Source: Synergistales bacterium 58_81 (GTDB taxonomy: Bacteria; Synergistota; Synergistia; Synergistales; Thermovirgaceae). From it: a stretch of 64,000 bases of DNA. The notes under the pieces are model-generated. The model was given only the letters and a program-made list of their open reading frames with translations, was not told the origin of the DNA and searched no databases. Positions 19,353 to 28,356 of the stretch are shown here, in pieces (within the stretch, counting starts at the first letter, position 1; each line of letters starts with the position of its first letter). The position numbers and the translations under genes are program-made. The stretch spans positions 3,800-67,799 of the forward strand of contig LGGV01000001.1 in the NCBI GenBank assembly GCA_001509095.1. Direction: 5' to 3'.

Positions 19353-20495
19353 ATGAAGACCAGGAACATCGCGCTTATTGGTGCTACCGGAAGCGTCGGA
19401 GGATCTGTTCTCGATGTCTGCTCCATGTTCCCGAACACTTTCCGGGTCTGGGCCCTTGCCGCGAAAAGAAATGTCGATGATCTGCTGGCCCTGGGCAAGA
19501 GATTTGGAAGCGATCTTCTTGTACTTACCGACTCCGATCCATCGGAGAGGCTTCGCAGGGCATCGGGAAAGGAGTTTTCCTGCCTGGGAGGTAAAGAAGC
19601 GCTTCTGGCCATGATCGAAGATCCGCGCTGTGAGGAGGTGGTTTTTGCCTCCTCCGGAACAGACGCTCTTCCGGCTCTTGTTCTGGCCCTCCAGAAGGGC
19701 AAGAGGGTCTACCTGGCCAACAAGGAGATCATCGTAGCAGCGGGGGAGTGGATCATGCCTCTGGCCCGGGATCGGATCATCCCCCTGGACAGCGAGCATA
19801 ACGCGATATGGCAATGCCTCAGGGGGGAGGAACCTTCGGCGGTAAGAAAGATCCTTCTTACCGCGTCGGGGGGACCATTCCTCCATACCCCGGAAGAAGA
19901 ACTCAGAGAGGTTACTTTCGAGATGGCGGGCAGACATCCTGTCTGGCCGATGGGGAAGAAGATTTCGATCGACAGCGCCACCCTTATGAACAAGGGCATA
20001 GAGATGATCGAGGCCCACCACCTTTTCGGACAGCCTGTCGGGAAGATCGGGGCCGTGATCCACCCCCAGGCCCTTGTCCACGGCATGGTGGAATTCATTG
20101 ACGGTTCTGTCAAGATGCTCTACTCCAGGGCGGACATGAGACTCGCCGTCCTGGCGGCTCTCGGAGTGGGAGGCCGCCTGGAGAACATCGAACTGGACCT
20201 CTTGCCTCCGGAACTGCCGGGTATTTCTCTTGAGTTCATCGAACCCGATGAAAAGAGGTTCCCCTGCCTTGCCCTGGCAAGACAGGCATGCCTGCTTGGA
20301 GGTGCTTACCCCCCGCTCCTTGTGGGGGCCGACGAGGGTGCGGTGGAAATGTTCATGGAAGGCCGTATCTCCTTTACAGACATAGCCTCGAAGATAGAAA
20401 GTGTGTTATCCTCCTATTCCGGAAGCGAACCCCGATCCTGGGAAGATGCACTGGATCTGGTAGTATGGGGCAGGGAAAGGGTTCTCCATGGGTAG
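19353..20495 (+). CDS. dxr: 1-deoxy-D-xylulose 5-phosphate reductoisomerase
   Basis: Motifs IALIGATGSVGGS, LANKE, DSEHNAIWQCL and NKGIEMIEAHHLF. Confidence 0.95.
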   Translation: MKTRNIALIGATGSVGGSVLDVCSMFPNTFRVWALAAKRNVDDLLALGKRFGSDLLVLTDSDPSERLRRASGKEFSCLGGKEALLAMIEDPRCEEVVFASSGTDALPALVLALQKGKRVYLANKEIIVAAGEWIMPLARDRIIPLDSEHNAIWQCLRGEEPSAVRKILLTASGGPFLHTPEEELREVTFEMAGRHPVWPMGKKISIDSATLMNKGIEMIEAHHLFGQPVGKIGAVIHPQALVHGMVEFIDGSVKMLYSRADMRLAVLAALGVGGRLENIELDLLPPELPGISLEFIEPDEKRFPCLALARQACLLGGAYPPLLVGADEGAVEMFMEGRISFTDIASKIESVLSSYSGSEPRSWEDALDLVVWGRERVLHG

Positions 20496-20537
20496 GCGCC
20501 GGGTCTTTCAGGACCTCGGACTGAAAGGGATGAAGAG

Positions 20538-21581
20538 ATGGGTCTGAGCTTGCTGGCTTTCCTTCTGGTTATAGCGATCTGCGTGGTCTCCCACGAATTG
20601 GGGCACCTTCTGGCCGCCAGGACGTCTGGCGTCCAGGTCCACGAATTCGCCTTCGGAATGGGACCGGTCCTCTTCAGCAGCAAGAAAGAGGGTATGGTGT
20701 GGTCCATACGGACTGTACCGATAGGCGGTTTCGTCCGTCTGGCCGGGATGGGAGAGGAGCAGGGGGAGGAGGAGGTCCTTCCCGGCAGGTCCTTTCTGGA
20801 GAGATCTCCCTGGGCACGCCTGATGATCCTGGCTGGAGGATCGGTCTCCAATATAGTACTGGCGATCCTCTTCACGGCGATCCTCCTTTGGGGGCATGGA
20901 GTTCTGGACCTGGGCAGCACCCGTATCGGTGAGGTCATGGAGGGATACCCTGCCGAGAAGATCGGACTTCTTCCGGGGGATACCATTAAAGAGATATCTG
21001 GTAGTCGCATAGAGGATTGGGGCATGCTTTCATCGACCATAAGGGAGATAGCCGCTGAAGGACCCATCATGCTGACTTTCGAACGGAACGGAGTGGTCCA
21101 TGTTCTAGAGGTCAACATACCCCTTGACCCCGGACACAAGGTCCCCCTTCTCGGCATAAGGCCTTCCATGACTAAGTACCCCTTTCCCAGAGCCGTAGCG
21201 GGGTCCCTGGGTTACATATGGGATTTCAGCATAGTGATAGTGAAAGGGATCTGGACCTGGGCGATGGGCCGCGGGCAGGTAGATATCACCGGGCCCGTAG
21301 GGATAGCATCAATGGCAGGGGAGGCTGCAAGGGACGGGTTCTGGACCTTTCTTGCCTTTCTCTCGATGATCAATCTACACCTGGGTATCCTTAACCTGCT
21401 TCCCTTTCCGGCCCTTGACGGAGGGAGGATCCTGCTTGTCATGGGCGAGATAGTTACGGGGAAGAAACTCCCGCCCAGGCTGGAGAACCTGGTTCACATG
21501 GCAGGTTTCATCCTACTGATCCTTCTACTGATCTTCGTCACATGGAAGGATCTAGCAAGGCTCCTTCTGCCAGGCAGGTAG
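20538..21581 (+). CDS. rseP: RIP metalloprotease RseP (M50 family, with PDZ domain)
   Basis: Motifs HELGHLLAAR and NLLPFPALDGG, with a PDZ-like middle region and TM ends. Confidence 0.9.
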   Translation: MGLSLLAFLLVIAICVVSHELGHLLAARTSGVQVHEFAFGMGPVLFSSKKEGMVWSIRTVPIGGFVRLAGMGEEQGEEEVLPGRSFLERSPWARLMILAGGSVSNIVLAILFTAILLWGHGVLDLGSTRIGEVMEGYPAEKIGLLPGDTIKEISGSRIEDWGMLSSTIREIAAEGPIMLTFERNGVVHVLEVNIPLDPGHKVPLLGIRPSMTKYPFPRAVAGSLGYIWDFSIVIVKGIWTWAMGRGQVDITGPVGIASMAGEAARDGFWTFLAFLSMINLHLGILNLLPFPALDGGRILLVMGEIVTGKKLPPRLENLVHMAGFILLILLLIFVTWKDLARLLLPGR

Positions 21582-21606
21582 ACCCGACACGGAGGCAGTG
21601 ATACAG

Positions 21607-22671
21607 ATGCAGACCAGAAATGTAAAGGTGGGACAGCTAGGTATCGGCAACGGTTTCCCTGTCAGGGTTGAAAGCATGCTCAGGACCCCTCTCCATGATC
21701 TGCATGGGTGTCTTGAAGAGGTTCGCTCACTGGCTGTCGAAGGTTGCGAACTGGTCAGGATTGCCTTCCCGGAAATGGTGCTCTCCGGAAACCTTTCGAA
21801 GCTGGTCGAGGGATCACCGATAGAGATCATGGCTGATATCCATTTCGACCATCGTCTGGCCATAGAGGCGATCAGATCCGGTTGCCGATCCATTAGGATC
21901 AACCCTGGCAACATGGGAGGACCCCGAAGGATCAGGGAGTTGAGCTCAGCCGTTAATGATTCGGGAGTAGTGGTCCGGATAGGGGCCAACTCCGGATCCC
22001 TTTCCAGGACCCAACTGGAACGGGCCAAAGGTGATGCAGGAAGGGCGCTCTTCGATGCCGTTCAGGAACAGGAAGAGATCCTTCATTGCTGCGGGGTTGA
22101 GGACATTATCGTCTCTGCCAAATCTTCATCCCTTGATGAGACCTTGAGGGCTAATTCACTTATCGCCTCCGGCTCCTGTCACCCGATCCACATCGGATTG
22201 ACCGAGGCGGGACCCGGCCAGAGAGGGATCATCAAGAGCTCTGTCGCGGTCGGTTCGCTGCTGGGGAGCGGGATAGGCGATACCGTGAGGATCAGTCTCA
22301 CGGGCACCTCCCTGGAGGAGGTGGTAGTGGCCAAGAGGATCCTTCAGTCCCTCGGAATAAGGCGTTTCGAAGCGGAGCTGGTGTCATGCCCGGCCTGCGG
22401 CCGGAGAAGAGCGGACGTGGATTCCCTGGTCAGGATCATCGAGCCGCTGTTGAAAAATCTCAGGAAGGACCTGAAGGTCGCGGTCATGGGTTGCGAGGTG
22501 AACGGCCCAGGAGAGGCCACAGATTCCGATATCGGAATTGCCGGCACACCTTCAGGGATAGTCCTTTTCCTGGGCGGCAAGCCCATAGGGTACTGCAGCC
22601 TCGAGGAGCTCCCATCGCAGTTCATGAAGGTCTGCAGGGAGACCGGTCTTTGTCTGGGATCCCACGATTGA
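21607..22671 (+). CDS. ispG: 4-hydroxy-3-methylbut-2-en-1-yl diphosphate synthase
   Basis: Motifs VRVESM, ADIHFDHRLA, RINPGN, HIGLTEAG, CPACGR and VMGCEVNGPGEA. The start is ATG 21607 or GTG 21598. Confidence 0.95.
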   Translation: MQTRNVKVGQLGIGNGFPVRVESMLRTPLHDLHGCLEEVRSLAVEGCELVRIAFPEMVLSGNLSKLVEGSPIEIMADIHFDHRLAIEAIRSGCRSIRINPGNMGGPRRIRELSSAVNDSGVVVRIGANSGSLSRTQLERAKGDAGRALFDAVQEQEEILHCCGVEDIIVSAKSSSLDETLRANSLIASGSCHPIHIGLTEAGPGQRGIIKSSVAVGSLLGSGIGDTVRISLTGTSLEEVVVAKRILQSLGIRRFEAELVSCPACGRRRADVDSLVRIIEPLLKNLRKDLKVAVMGCEVNGPGEATDSDIGIAGTPSGIVLFLGGKPIGYCSLEELPSQFMKVCRETGLCLGSHD

Positions 22672-22695
22672 CACCCCCCCTTCTGAAGATATAAT
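22668..22695 (+). promoter_or_regulatory. Consensus sigma-70-type promoter for the polyamine operon
   Basis: TTGACA (22668-22673), a 16-nt spacer, then TATAAT (22690-22695). It sits about 50 nt upstream of the pdaD ATG, which has an AGGAGG RBS. The -35 overlaps the ispG stop. Confidence 0.6.
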
Positions 22696-22744
22696 GATAT
22701 GCGCTTTTTCGGGAATGACCACCTGATAGGAGGTTTGCCTTGAC

Positions 22745-23215
22745 ATGTTGCCCGTGCCCGAAATTTTCACGCTGGTAGTAGGCCGCGGAGAGGGGAAGAA
22801 GAAGCTTACTGCTTTTGATTCTGCTCTTCTTGACGCGGGAGTAGGTAATATGAACCTTCTTCGCGTAAGCAGCGTTCTCCCTCCTCGCTGCGATTTCAGA
22901 CCGGCTCTGAAGATGCCCTTCGGGTCTCTACTTCCCATCGCCTACGGTTCGATCACCAGCGATGTTCCCGGGGAGACCATCTCTGCATCGATCGGTGTAG
23001 GCATACCGGAGGACCCCGCATCGTTCGGTATGATATTCGAGTTCTCAGGGTTCTGCACCGGATCCGAGGCCGCCATCAAAGTAGAGGAGATGGTCAGGGA
23101 AGCCTTTGAAATGCGTTCTCTGGGCCTCAAGGAGGTCAAGGTCAAGGCGATCGATCATGTCGTAAAGGAATGCGGGACGGTATTCGCAGGCTGTCCCCTC
23201 TTCTTCCCTTTCTAG
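22745..23215 (+). CDS. pdaD: Pyruvoyl-dependent arginine decarboxylase
   Basis: 156 aa. Contains GEGKKKLTAFDSALLDAGVGNMNLLRVSSVLPP, where the self-cleavage Ser-Ser site is in VSSV. Confidence 0.9.
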   Translation: MLPVPEIFTLVVGRGEGKKKLTAFDSALLDAGVGNMNLLRVSSVLPPRCDFRPALKMPFGSLLPIAYGSITSDVPGETISASIGVGIPEDPASFGMIFEFSGFCTGSEAAIKVEEMVREAFEMRSLGLKEVKVKAIDHVVKECGTVFAGCPLFFPF

Positions 23216-23235
23216 AGCGGAAAGGTCTGACAGGG

Positions 23236-24084
23236 ATGGAAAGAAGAAACCCAGACATATGGTTCACCGAATATCAGACAAAACATCTCAGGCTCGGGCT
23301 GAGCATTAAGAGCGTCCTTGCCAATATCCAGACCTCTTACCAGCACCTTCTCGTGGTCGATACCGATCAGTATGGTAGGCTGATGGCTCTCGACGGCGCG
23401 ATCCAGCTCACCGAAAGGGATGAGTTCACTTATCACGAGATGCTCACCCATGTGGCCCTGACGTCCCACCCGGCCCCCCGACGCATACTGATCGTGGGCG
23501 GCGGTGACGGAGGGACTGCGAGGGAAGCGGTAAAGCATGAAACAGTCGAGGAAGTGGTCCTGGTAGACATCGACCAGGAGGTCATAAACGCATCGAGACG
23601 GTTCTTCCCCTCCCTCAGCTCAGGACTGGAGGACCCGAAGGTCAACGTACTCGCCATGGACGCCCTGGAATATATCAGGGGAAGGAGCGGTGAGTTTGAC
23701 GTGGTCATCGTTGACAGCACCGATCCGGTCGATTTTGCCGAGGGCCTTTTCAGGGAACCCTTTTACAGGGACGTTTTCAGGGCTCTTAACGAAGGCGGAT
23801 CACTGGTAGCCCAGACAGAATCTCCCTTCTCTGACCCTGACATACTTACAGGTGCCGTCTCTGAAATGGAGAAGGTCTTCCCCATCGTCAAAGTCTTCTG
23901 GGGCGCCATGCCTACCTATCCGACAGGTATGTGGACCTACACGATAGGCTCCAAGGTCCATGATCCCGAGAAACCCATGGGGCAGACCCCGCCGGGGACA
24001 AGGTATTATTCTGAAGAGATCCACAGGGCGGCCTTCGTTCTTCCGCCCTTCGTGGAAGAGATCCTGCAGGGACGTGACCGGTAG
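23236..24084 (+). CDS. speE: Spermidine synthase family aminopropyltransferase
   Basis: Motifs WFTEYQT, LDGAIQLTERDEFTYHEML, IVGGGDGGTARE and IVDSTDP. ATG at 23236. Confidence 0.9.
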   Translation: MERRNPDIWFTEYQTKHLRLGLSIKSVLANIQTSYQHLLVVDTDQYGRLMALDGAIQLTERDEFTYHEMLTHVALTSHPAPRRILIVGGGDGGTAREAVKHETVEEVVLVDIDQEVINASRRFFPSLSSGLEDPKVNVLAMDALEYIRGRSGEFDVVIVDSTDPVDFAEGLFREPFYRDVFRALNEGGSLVAQTESPFSDPDILTGAVSEMEKVFPIVKVFWGAMPTYPTGMWTYTIGSKVHDPEKPMGQTPPGTRYYSEEIHRAAFVLPPFVEEILQGRDR

Positions 24085-24086
24085 AG

Positions 24087-24941
24087 TTGGAAAGGTTCAT
24101 ATGCGGACGTAGGTCCCTAAAAGATGTTTCCTGGGTCCTTCAGGGCATACCCCTGGATATGACCGTGTCACGGCTTCACGGAACATCCCTTGGCCCTTCC
24201 ACGGTCAGGAAGGAATCCAGGGGTCTTGAGTCCTTCAGTTTCAACCTCATGAAAGATCTTGAAAGCTCTCCTTTTGCGGACATCGGCGATCTTGGAATGG
24301 TACCGGGGGACCTCGAGAGGTCCCTTGAGACTGTCAGGTACGTTTCGGTCGGTCTCTTCCGGAGAGGCTTCAGGGTGGCCTCCCTTGGGGGGGAGCACCT
24401 GGTCACTCTCCCGATCATGAAAGCTGCATCTGAGATCTATCCCGACATCGCGGTTGTTCATCTTGACGCCCATGCAGACCTGAGGGACCAGTACCACGGC
24501 ATGAGAGAGAACCATGCCACGGTCATGCGCCGCGTAGCTGAGGAGTGCCTTGAATGCCCGTCCCTTCTGTATCAGTTCGGGATCAGGTCCGGGACGGCCG
24601 AGGAATATCGTTGGGGTGTGAAGAATACCTCCTTTTATCCCCTCGAACTGGCTGCCCCCCTTCTGAAGGTCATCCCCGAGCTGCAGCAGAGACCTGTCTA
24701 TCTTTCGCTGGACATAGACATCATTGACCCAGGGGAGGCTCCCGGAACCGGGACACCCGAACCATGCGGCCTTTCCGCCCGGGAACTCCTTGATGCTCTC
24801 TATCTAATGAAGGACCTGGATGTCGTCGGTTTCGACATCGTAGAGGTAAGCCCTCCCAACGATGTGAACGGCATCACGTCCACCCTGGCCGCCAAGCTGG
24901 CCAGAGAGTGCCTGATCATGTGGGGGGGTGGGAACCGTTGA
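24087..24941 (+). CDS. speB: Agmatinase / ureohydrolase family
   Basis: Mn-binding motifs [17 protein letters not shown] and [25 protein letters not shown] start. Confidence 0.85.
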   Translation: MERFICGRRSLKDVSWVLQGIPLDMTVSRLHGTSLGPSTVRKESRGLESFSFNLMKDLESSPFADIGDLGMVPGDLERSLETVRYVSVGLFRRGFRVASLGGEHLVTLPIMKAASEIYPDIAVVHLDAHADLRDQYHGMRENHATVMRRVAEECLECPSLLYQFGIRSGTAEEYRWGVKNTSFYPLELAAPLLKVIPELQQRPVYLSLDIDIIDPGEAPGTGTPEPCGLSARELLDALYLMKDLDVVGFDIVEVSPPNDVNGITSTLAAKLARECLIMWGGGNR

Positions 24942-25309
24942 AACAGAACGGCGCTCTTGGAAGACATATCCTTGTCGAAGCTTATGATTGTGATCCCTCA
25001 GCTCTGGACGATATCCTGGGGTTGGAACGGTCCATGAAGGAGGCAGCCGAAGCCGCCGGCGCAACAGTGGTGGAATCGGCCTTCCGCAAATTCGAACCTC
25101 ACGGAGTAAGCGGCGTACTGGTCATATCCGAATCCCACCTTACGATCCATACCTGGCCGGAGTTCGGCTACGCCGCCATCGACCTGTTCACCTGCGGATG
25201 CAATGCCGACCCCTGGAAGGCCTTTGAACGCCTCTCCTCATATCTCGGCTCCTCCCGCACGACATCCATAGAGATCCTGCGGGGCCACATATCCGGACCG
25301 GACGCCTAG
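24938..25309 (+). CDS. speH: S-adenosylmethionine decarboxylase proenzyme (small, SpeH/SpeD class 1)
   Basis: Contains [12 protein letters not shown] and [14 protein letters not shown] (self-processing at ES), then DLFTCG. The likely TTG 24938 start overlaps the speB TGA (TTGA). An alternative GTG lies at 24908 or 24920. Confidence 0.85.
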   Translation: MKQNGALGRHILVEAYDCDPSALDDILGLERSMKEAAEAAGATVVESAFRKFEPHGVSGVLVISESHLTIHTWPEFGYAAIDLFTCGCNADPWKAFERLSSYLGSSRTTSIEILRGHISGPDA

Positions 25310-25392
25310 GGTAAGGAAACCTTTTAGTTTTTTGCCGCCAATGGATTATACTTCTCACTGGGGCAAATAATCCGAAACAGGAGGTAATTCTG

Positions 25393-26625
25393 GTGGCCAG
25401 CGAGGACAGATCTTTCAGCATATCATCGGAAGTCGGGAAACTGAAAAGGGTCATGCTTCACAGGCCAGGAAAGGAACTGGAACGCCTTACCATAGACAAC
25501 AAGGATGAACTCCTCTTCGACGATATACCCTGGGTGGAAGAGGCCCAGAAGGAGCACGACGCCTTCGCGGAGCTGCTCAGGGACAACGGGGTGGAGGTGG
25601 TCTACTTCAGGAATTGTCTCTCCCATGTTCTCAGGGAAGAAAGCGTAAGGGATCCCCTCCTTGACGAGGTCCTCGCCCTTGAGGCGATCGATATACCTCT
25701 TGTCTCTGCCCTGAAGGCGGTGATGATGGAGGTTAGCCCCAGCGACCTGGCGGAGATGCTGATCGCCGGGCTTACCAAAATGGAAGCCATGGAGATCCTC
25801 CCGCCCTGCAGTAGCCTGGTGCTGAGGGCAATGGGGGACCGCGATTTTCTCATACGTCCCCTTCCCAACCTCTATTTCCAGAGAGACCCCTTCACCTTCA
25901 TAAAGAACGGGGTAATATTGAGCGTCATGACCTTTGAGGCACGCCGGAAGGAACCTCTCTACGCCCGTTACATCTTCAAGAACCACCCCTATTTCAAGGG
26001 TATCGAGTTCCTCTTCGGGGATCACCCCCGGGATACCTATCCCTACAACATAGAGGGCGGGGACATTCTGATACTCTCCGATTCGGTGGCGGCCATCGGC
26101 ATCAGCCAGAGGACCGCAGCTGGGACCATCCAGATAGTCGGCAAGCGGATAGCCGAAAGGGCTGGCGTCAAGACCGTACTGGCCGTCGATATCCCCAAGA
26201 CCCGTGCGGCGATGCATCTTGACACGGTCTTCACCATGGTGGACCATGACGCCTTCACGATCTACCCGGAAGTGAGGGACTTCATCCGGATCTGGCAGCT
26301 CGAGTACTCTTCTGAGGGGGAGATAACCTCCGTTATAGAGCATCAGAACCTGGGGGAGTGCCTTCGGAAAGTCCTTGGACTTGATACGATCCGCTTCATC
26401 GAGACAGGAGGGGGTGACCCGGTCGCAGCCGCCAGGGACCAGTGGAACGACGGAACGAACACCCTGGCTATCGCTCCAGGGGTAGTGGTAACTTACAGGA
26501 GGAACGTTGTATCCAACAGGGTCCTCCAGGAGAACGGGATCAAGGTCTTCGAGATCAAGGGAGCGGAGCTTGGGAGAGGCCGTGGCGGCCCCCGGTGCAT
26601 GAGCATGCCCATGATGCGCGATTGA
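25393..26625 (+). CDS. arcA: Arginine deiminase
   Basis: 410 aa with SEVGKLKRVMLHRPGKELERLT, MHLDTVFTMVD and GGPRCMSMP (catalytic Cys). GTG start 8 nt after AGGAGG. Confidence 0.95.
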   Translation: MASEDRSFSISSEVGKLKRVMLHRPGKELERLTIDNKDELLFDDIPWVEEAQKEHDAFAELLRDNGVEVVYFRNCLSHVLREESVRDPLLDEVLALEAIDIPLVSALKAVMMEVSPSDLAEMLIAGLTKMEAMEILPPCSSLVLRAMGDRDFLIRPLPNLYFQRDPFTFIKNGVILSVMTFEARRKEPLYARYIFKNHPYFKGIEFLFGDHPRDTYPYNIEGGDILILSDSVAAIGISQRTAAGTIQIVGKRIAERAGVKTVLAVDIPKTRAAMHLDTVFTMVDHDAFTIYPEVRDFIRIWQLEYSSEGEITSVIEHQNLGECLRKVLGLDTIRFIETGGGDPVAAARDQWNDGTNTLAIAPGVVVTYRRNVVSNRVLQENGIKVFEIKGAELGRGRGGPRCMSMPMMRD

Positions 26626-26681
26626 AGGCAACAGGAATCCGGTCATACATACAAGATCACTATCAACAGGAGGAGTAGAGA

Positions 26682-27629
26682 ATGCCCATCAACCTCAAAG
26701 GAAGAAGTTTTCTGACCCTGAAGGATTTCACCACCGAAGAGATCCAGTACCTGCTCGACCTTTCTGCCTCTCTCAAGGAGAAGAAACGGGCCGGGGTCAG
26801 GGGGAGTGCCCTGGCCGGCAAAAGCATAGCCCTTATCTTCGAAAAGCCATCCACCAGGACACGCTGCGCTTTCACAGTGGCCTGCATAGACGAGGGAGGG
26901 CACCCCGAGTACCTCGGCAAGAATGATATCCAGTTGGGTCACAAGGAGTCCGTCAAGGACACCGCAAGGGTCCTTGGAAGGATGTTCGACGGGATCCAGT
27001 TCCGGGGGTTCAAACAGTCCGTAGTGGAGGAGCTTGCTCTTTACTCAGGCGTGCCCGTCTGGAACGGCCTCACCGATATGTATCACCCGACCCAGATCCT
27101 GGCCGATTTCCTGACGCTCCAGGAGAACTTCGGCAAGCTCAGGGGGCTCAGACTGGTCTATGTCGGCGATGGAAGGAACAACATGGCCAACTCGCTGATG
27201 ATCGGTTCGGCAAAGACTGGGGTCCACTTCAGGATAGCCGCCCCGGGCGGTCTCTTCCCTGAAAAGGCTCTGGTGGAGGAGTGCCTGGCCATTGCCACCG
27301 GAACAGGATCCACCATCGAGTTCTTCGAAGATCCTCAAAAAGCAGTCAGCGGTGCCGACGCCATCTACACCGATGTCTGGGCATCGATGGGAGAAGAGGA
27401 CAAACTTGCAGAGAGGATAGCCCTCCTGAAGCCCTTCCAGGTTAACGCAGAGCTGATGAAGGCCACGGGAAATCCCGAATGCATATTCCTTCACTGTCTG
27501 CCGGCAGTGAAGGGCAACGAAGTAACGGAGGAGGTCTTTGAATCCAGGAACTCCAAAGTGTTCGATGAATCAGAGAACAGGCTACACACCATAAAGGCAG
27601 TCATGGTATCAACAGCCGGCAACCTTTGA
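26682..27629 (+). CDS. argF: Ornithine carbamoyltransferase
   Basis: Motifs [24 protein letters not shown] and [11 protein letters not shown]. Its position next to arcA suggests a catabolic role (arcB), but the sequence alone cannot tell. Confidence 0.9.
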   Translation: MPINLKGRSFLTLKDFTTEEIQYLLDLSASLKEKKRAGVRGSALAGKSIALIFEKPSTRTRCAFTVACIDEGGHPEYLGKNDIQLGHKESVKDTARVLGRMFDGIQFRGFKQSVVEELALYSGVPVWNGLTDMYHPTQILADFLTLQENFGKLRGLRLVYVGDGRNNMANSLMIGSAKTGVHFRIAAPGGLFPEKALVEECLAIATGTGSTIEFFEDPQKAVSGADAIYTDVWASMGEEDKLAERIALLKPFQVNAELMKATGNPECIFLHCLPAVKGNEVTEEVFESRNSKVFDESENRLHTIKAVMVSTAGNL

Positions 27630-27695
27630 TCGGCCATTGCTTCGGGTCTCGCTCTTCCAGGGTGGGACCCGGAGTTTCCGAAGGAAGTGAGGAAT

Positions 27696-27857
27696 ATGGC
27701 AGGAAAGACCACCTACAGATGCGCCTCTTGCGGAAGAGTGTTCGACCTGTCCGAAGAGGAGCGGGGACCGCGCTGCCCCGAGTGTCGCGGGAGGACGCTG
27801 ATACTTGTCAGGGGAACAGCAAGGAAGAGGAAAGGTAAATGCGCACCGTCGGGCTGA
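27696..27857 (+). CDS. Small zinc-ribbon protein (53 aa, CxxC...CxxC), below the ORF-track length cutoff
   Basis: My own translation is MAGKTTYRCASCGRVFDLSEEERGPRCPECRGRTLILVRGTARKRKGKCAPSG, followed by a stop. A GAGG Shine-Dalgarno element lies 3 nt upstream of the ATG. It fills an otherwise empty gap between argF and nikR. Confidence 0.45.
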   Translation: MAGKTTYRCASCGRVFDLSEEERGPRCPECRGRTLILVRGTARKRKGKCAPSG

Positions 27858-27918
27858 GGCCTCTGACCGGTGACGGTCGTCACCGACAGCAGATCTGCCC
27901 CTCTAAGGTAGCTCCCGT

Positions 27919-28326
27919 TCAGGGAATGGAGGAGATGACCGGGTCTGAACTGGATACGTCCTTTAGCCCGCTCAACTTCCTGACGAACTCCCTGACCCTT
28001 GAAGCCTTGCCCTTGAAGACGACGCTCTCGAAACAGTGGTGGTAATCGGCGTGTATATGGGTGGAACAGATTATCAGGTCCCCGAAGTCGTGCTGAAGGT
28101 TGGTTATCTCGCTGACAGAATCGTGGGAATGGTGGTCATAGGTGAGCGTGACGGTCCCGAAGACTATCTTCTCTCCATCCTCCCAGTATGACTCGGAGAT
28201 AAAACGCCTGATCAGCTGCCTCATTGCATCGGACCTGGTCCGATAGCCCCGGGCCTCGATCCAGGAATCGAACCTCTCCAGCAGGGGCGCCGGTAATGAG
28301 ATACTGAACCTCGCCAGCTTGTCCAA
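27919..28326 (-). CDS. nikR: Nickel-responsive regulator NikR (ribbon-helix-helix plus ACT-like metal-binding domain)
   Basis: Has the RHH N-terminus LARFSISLPAPLLERFD and the C-terminal metal site STHIHADYHHCFE. TTG 28326 lies 6 nt after GGAGGT. The ORF-track start at 28350 is an alternative. Confidence 0.8.
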   Translation of the reverse strand: MDKLARFSISLPAPLLERFDSWIEARGYRTRSDAMRQLIRRFISESYWEDGEKIVFGTVTLTYDHHSHDSVSEITNLQHDFGDLIICSTHIHADYHHCFESVVFKGKASRVREFVRKLSGLKDVSSSDPVISSIP

Positions 28327-28356
28327 AGCACTACCTCCCGACGGGATCAAGGGGGA

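Noticed and set aside
25423-26646. A 407-aa ORF on the minus strand, almost exactly coextensive with arcA.
   Set aside because: It lies in the codon-aligned antisense frame, where stops correspond to sense TTA/CTA/TCA codons. arcA simply avoids these codons after codon 10. The translation has no recognisable motifs and no RBS, and it ends at the first TCA codon of arcA. I read it as a shadow ORF caused by codon bias, not a gene.
27626-27838. A 70-aa + strand ORF after argF, and the 68-aa ORF at 27839-28045.
   Set aside because: They have an R/G/S-rich low-complexity translation and no RBS. The first starts on a TTG overlapping the argF stop. The region is better explained by the 53-aa zinc-ribbon ORF and by the nikR 3' end on the other strand.
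27868-27885. The inverted repeat CGGTGACG-GT-CGTCACCG between the zinc-ribbon ORF and nikR, considered as a bidirectional terminator.
   Set aside because: It is a short stem with an essentially absent loop and no U-tract on either strand. It may contribute to 3' end formation but is not supportable as a terminator call.
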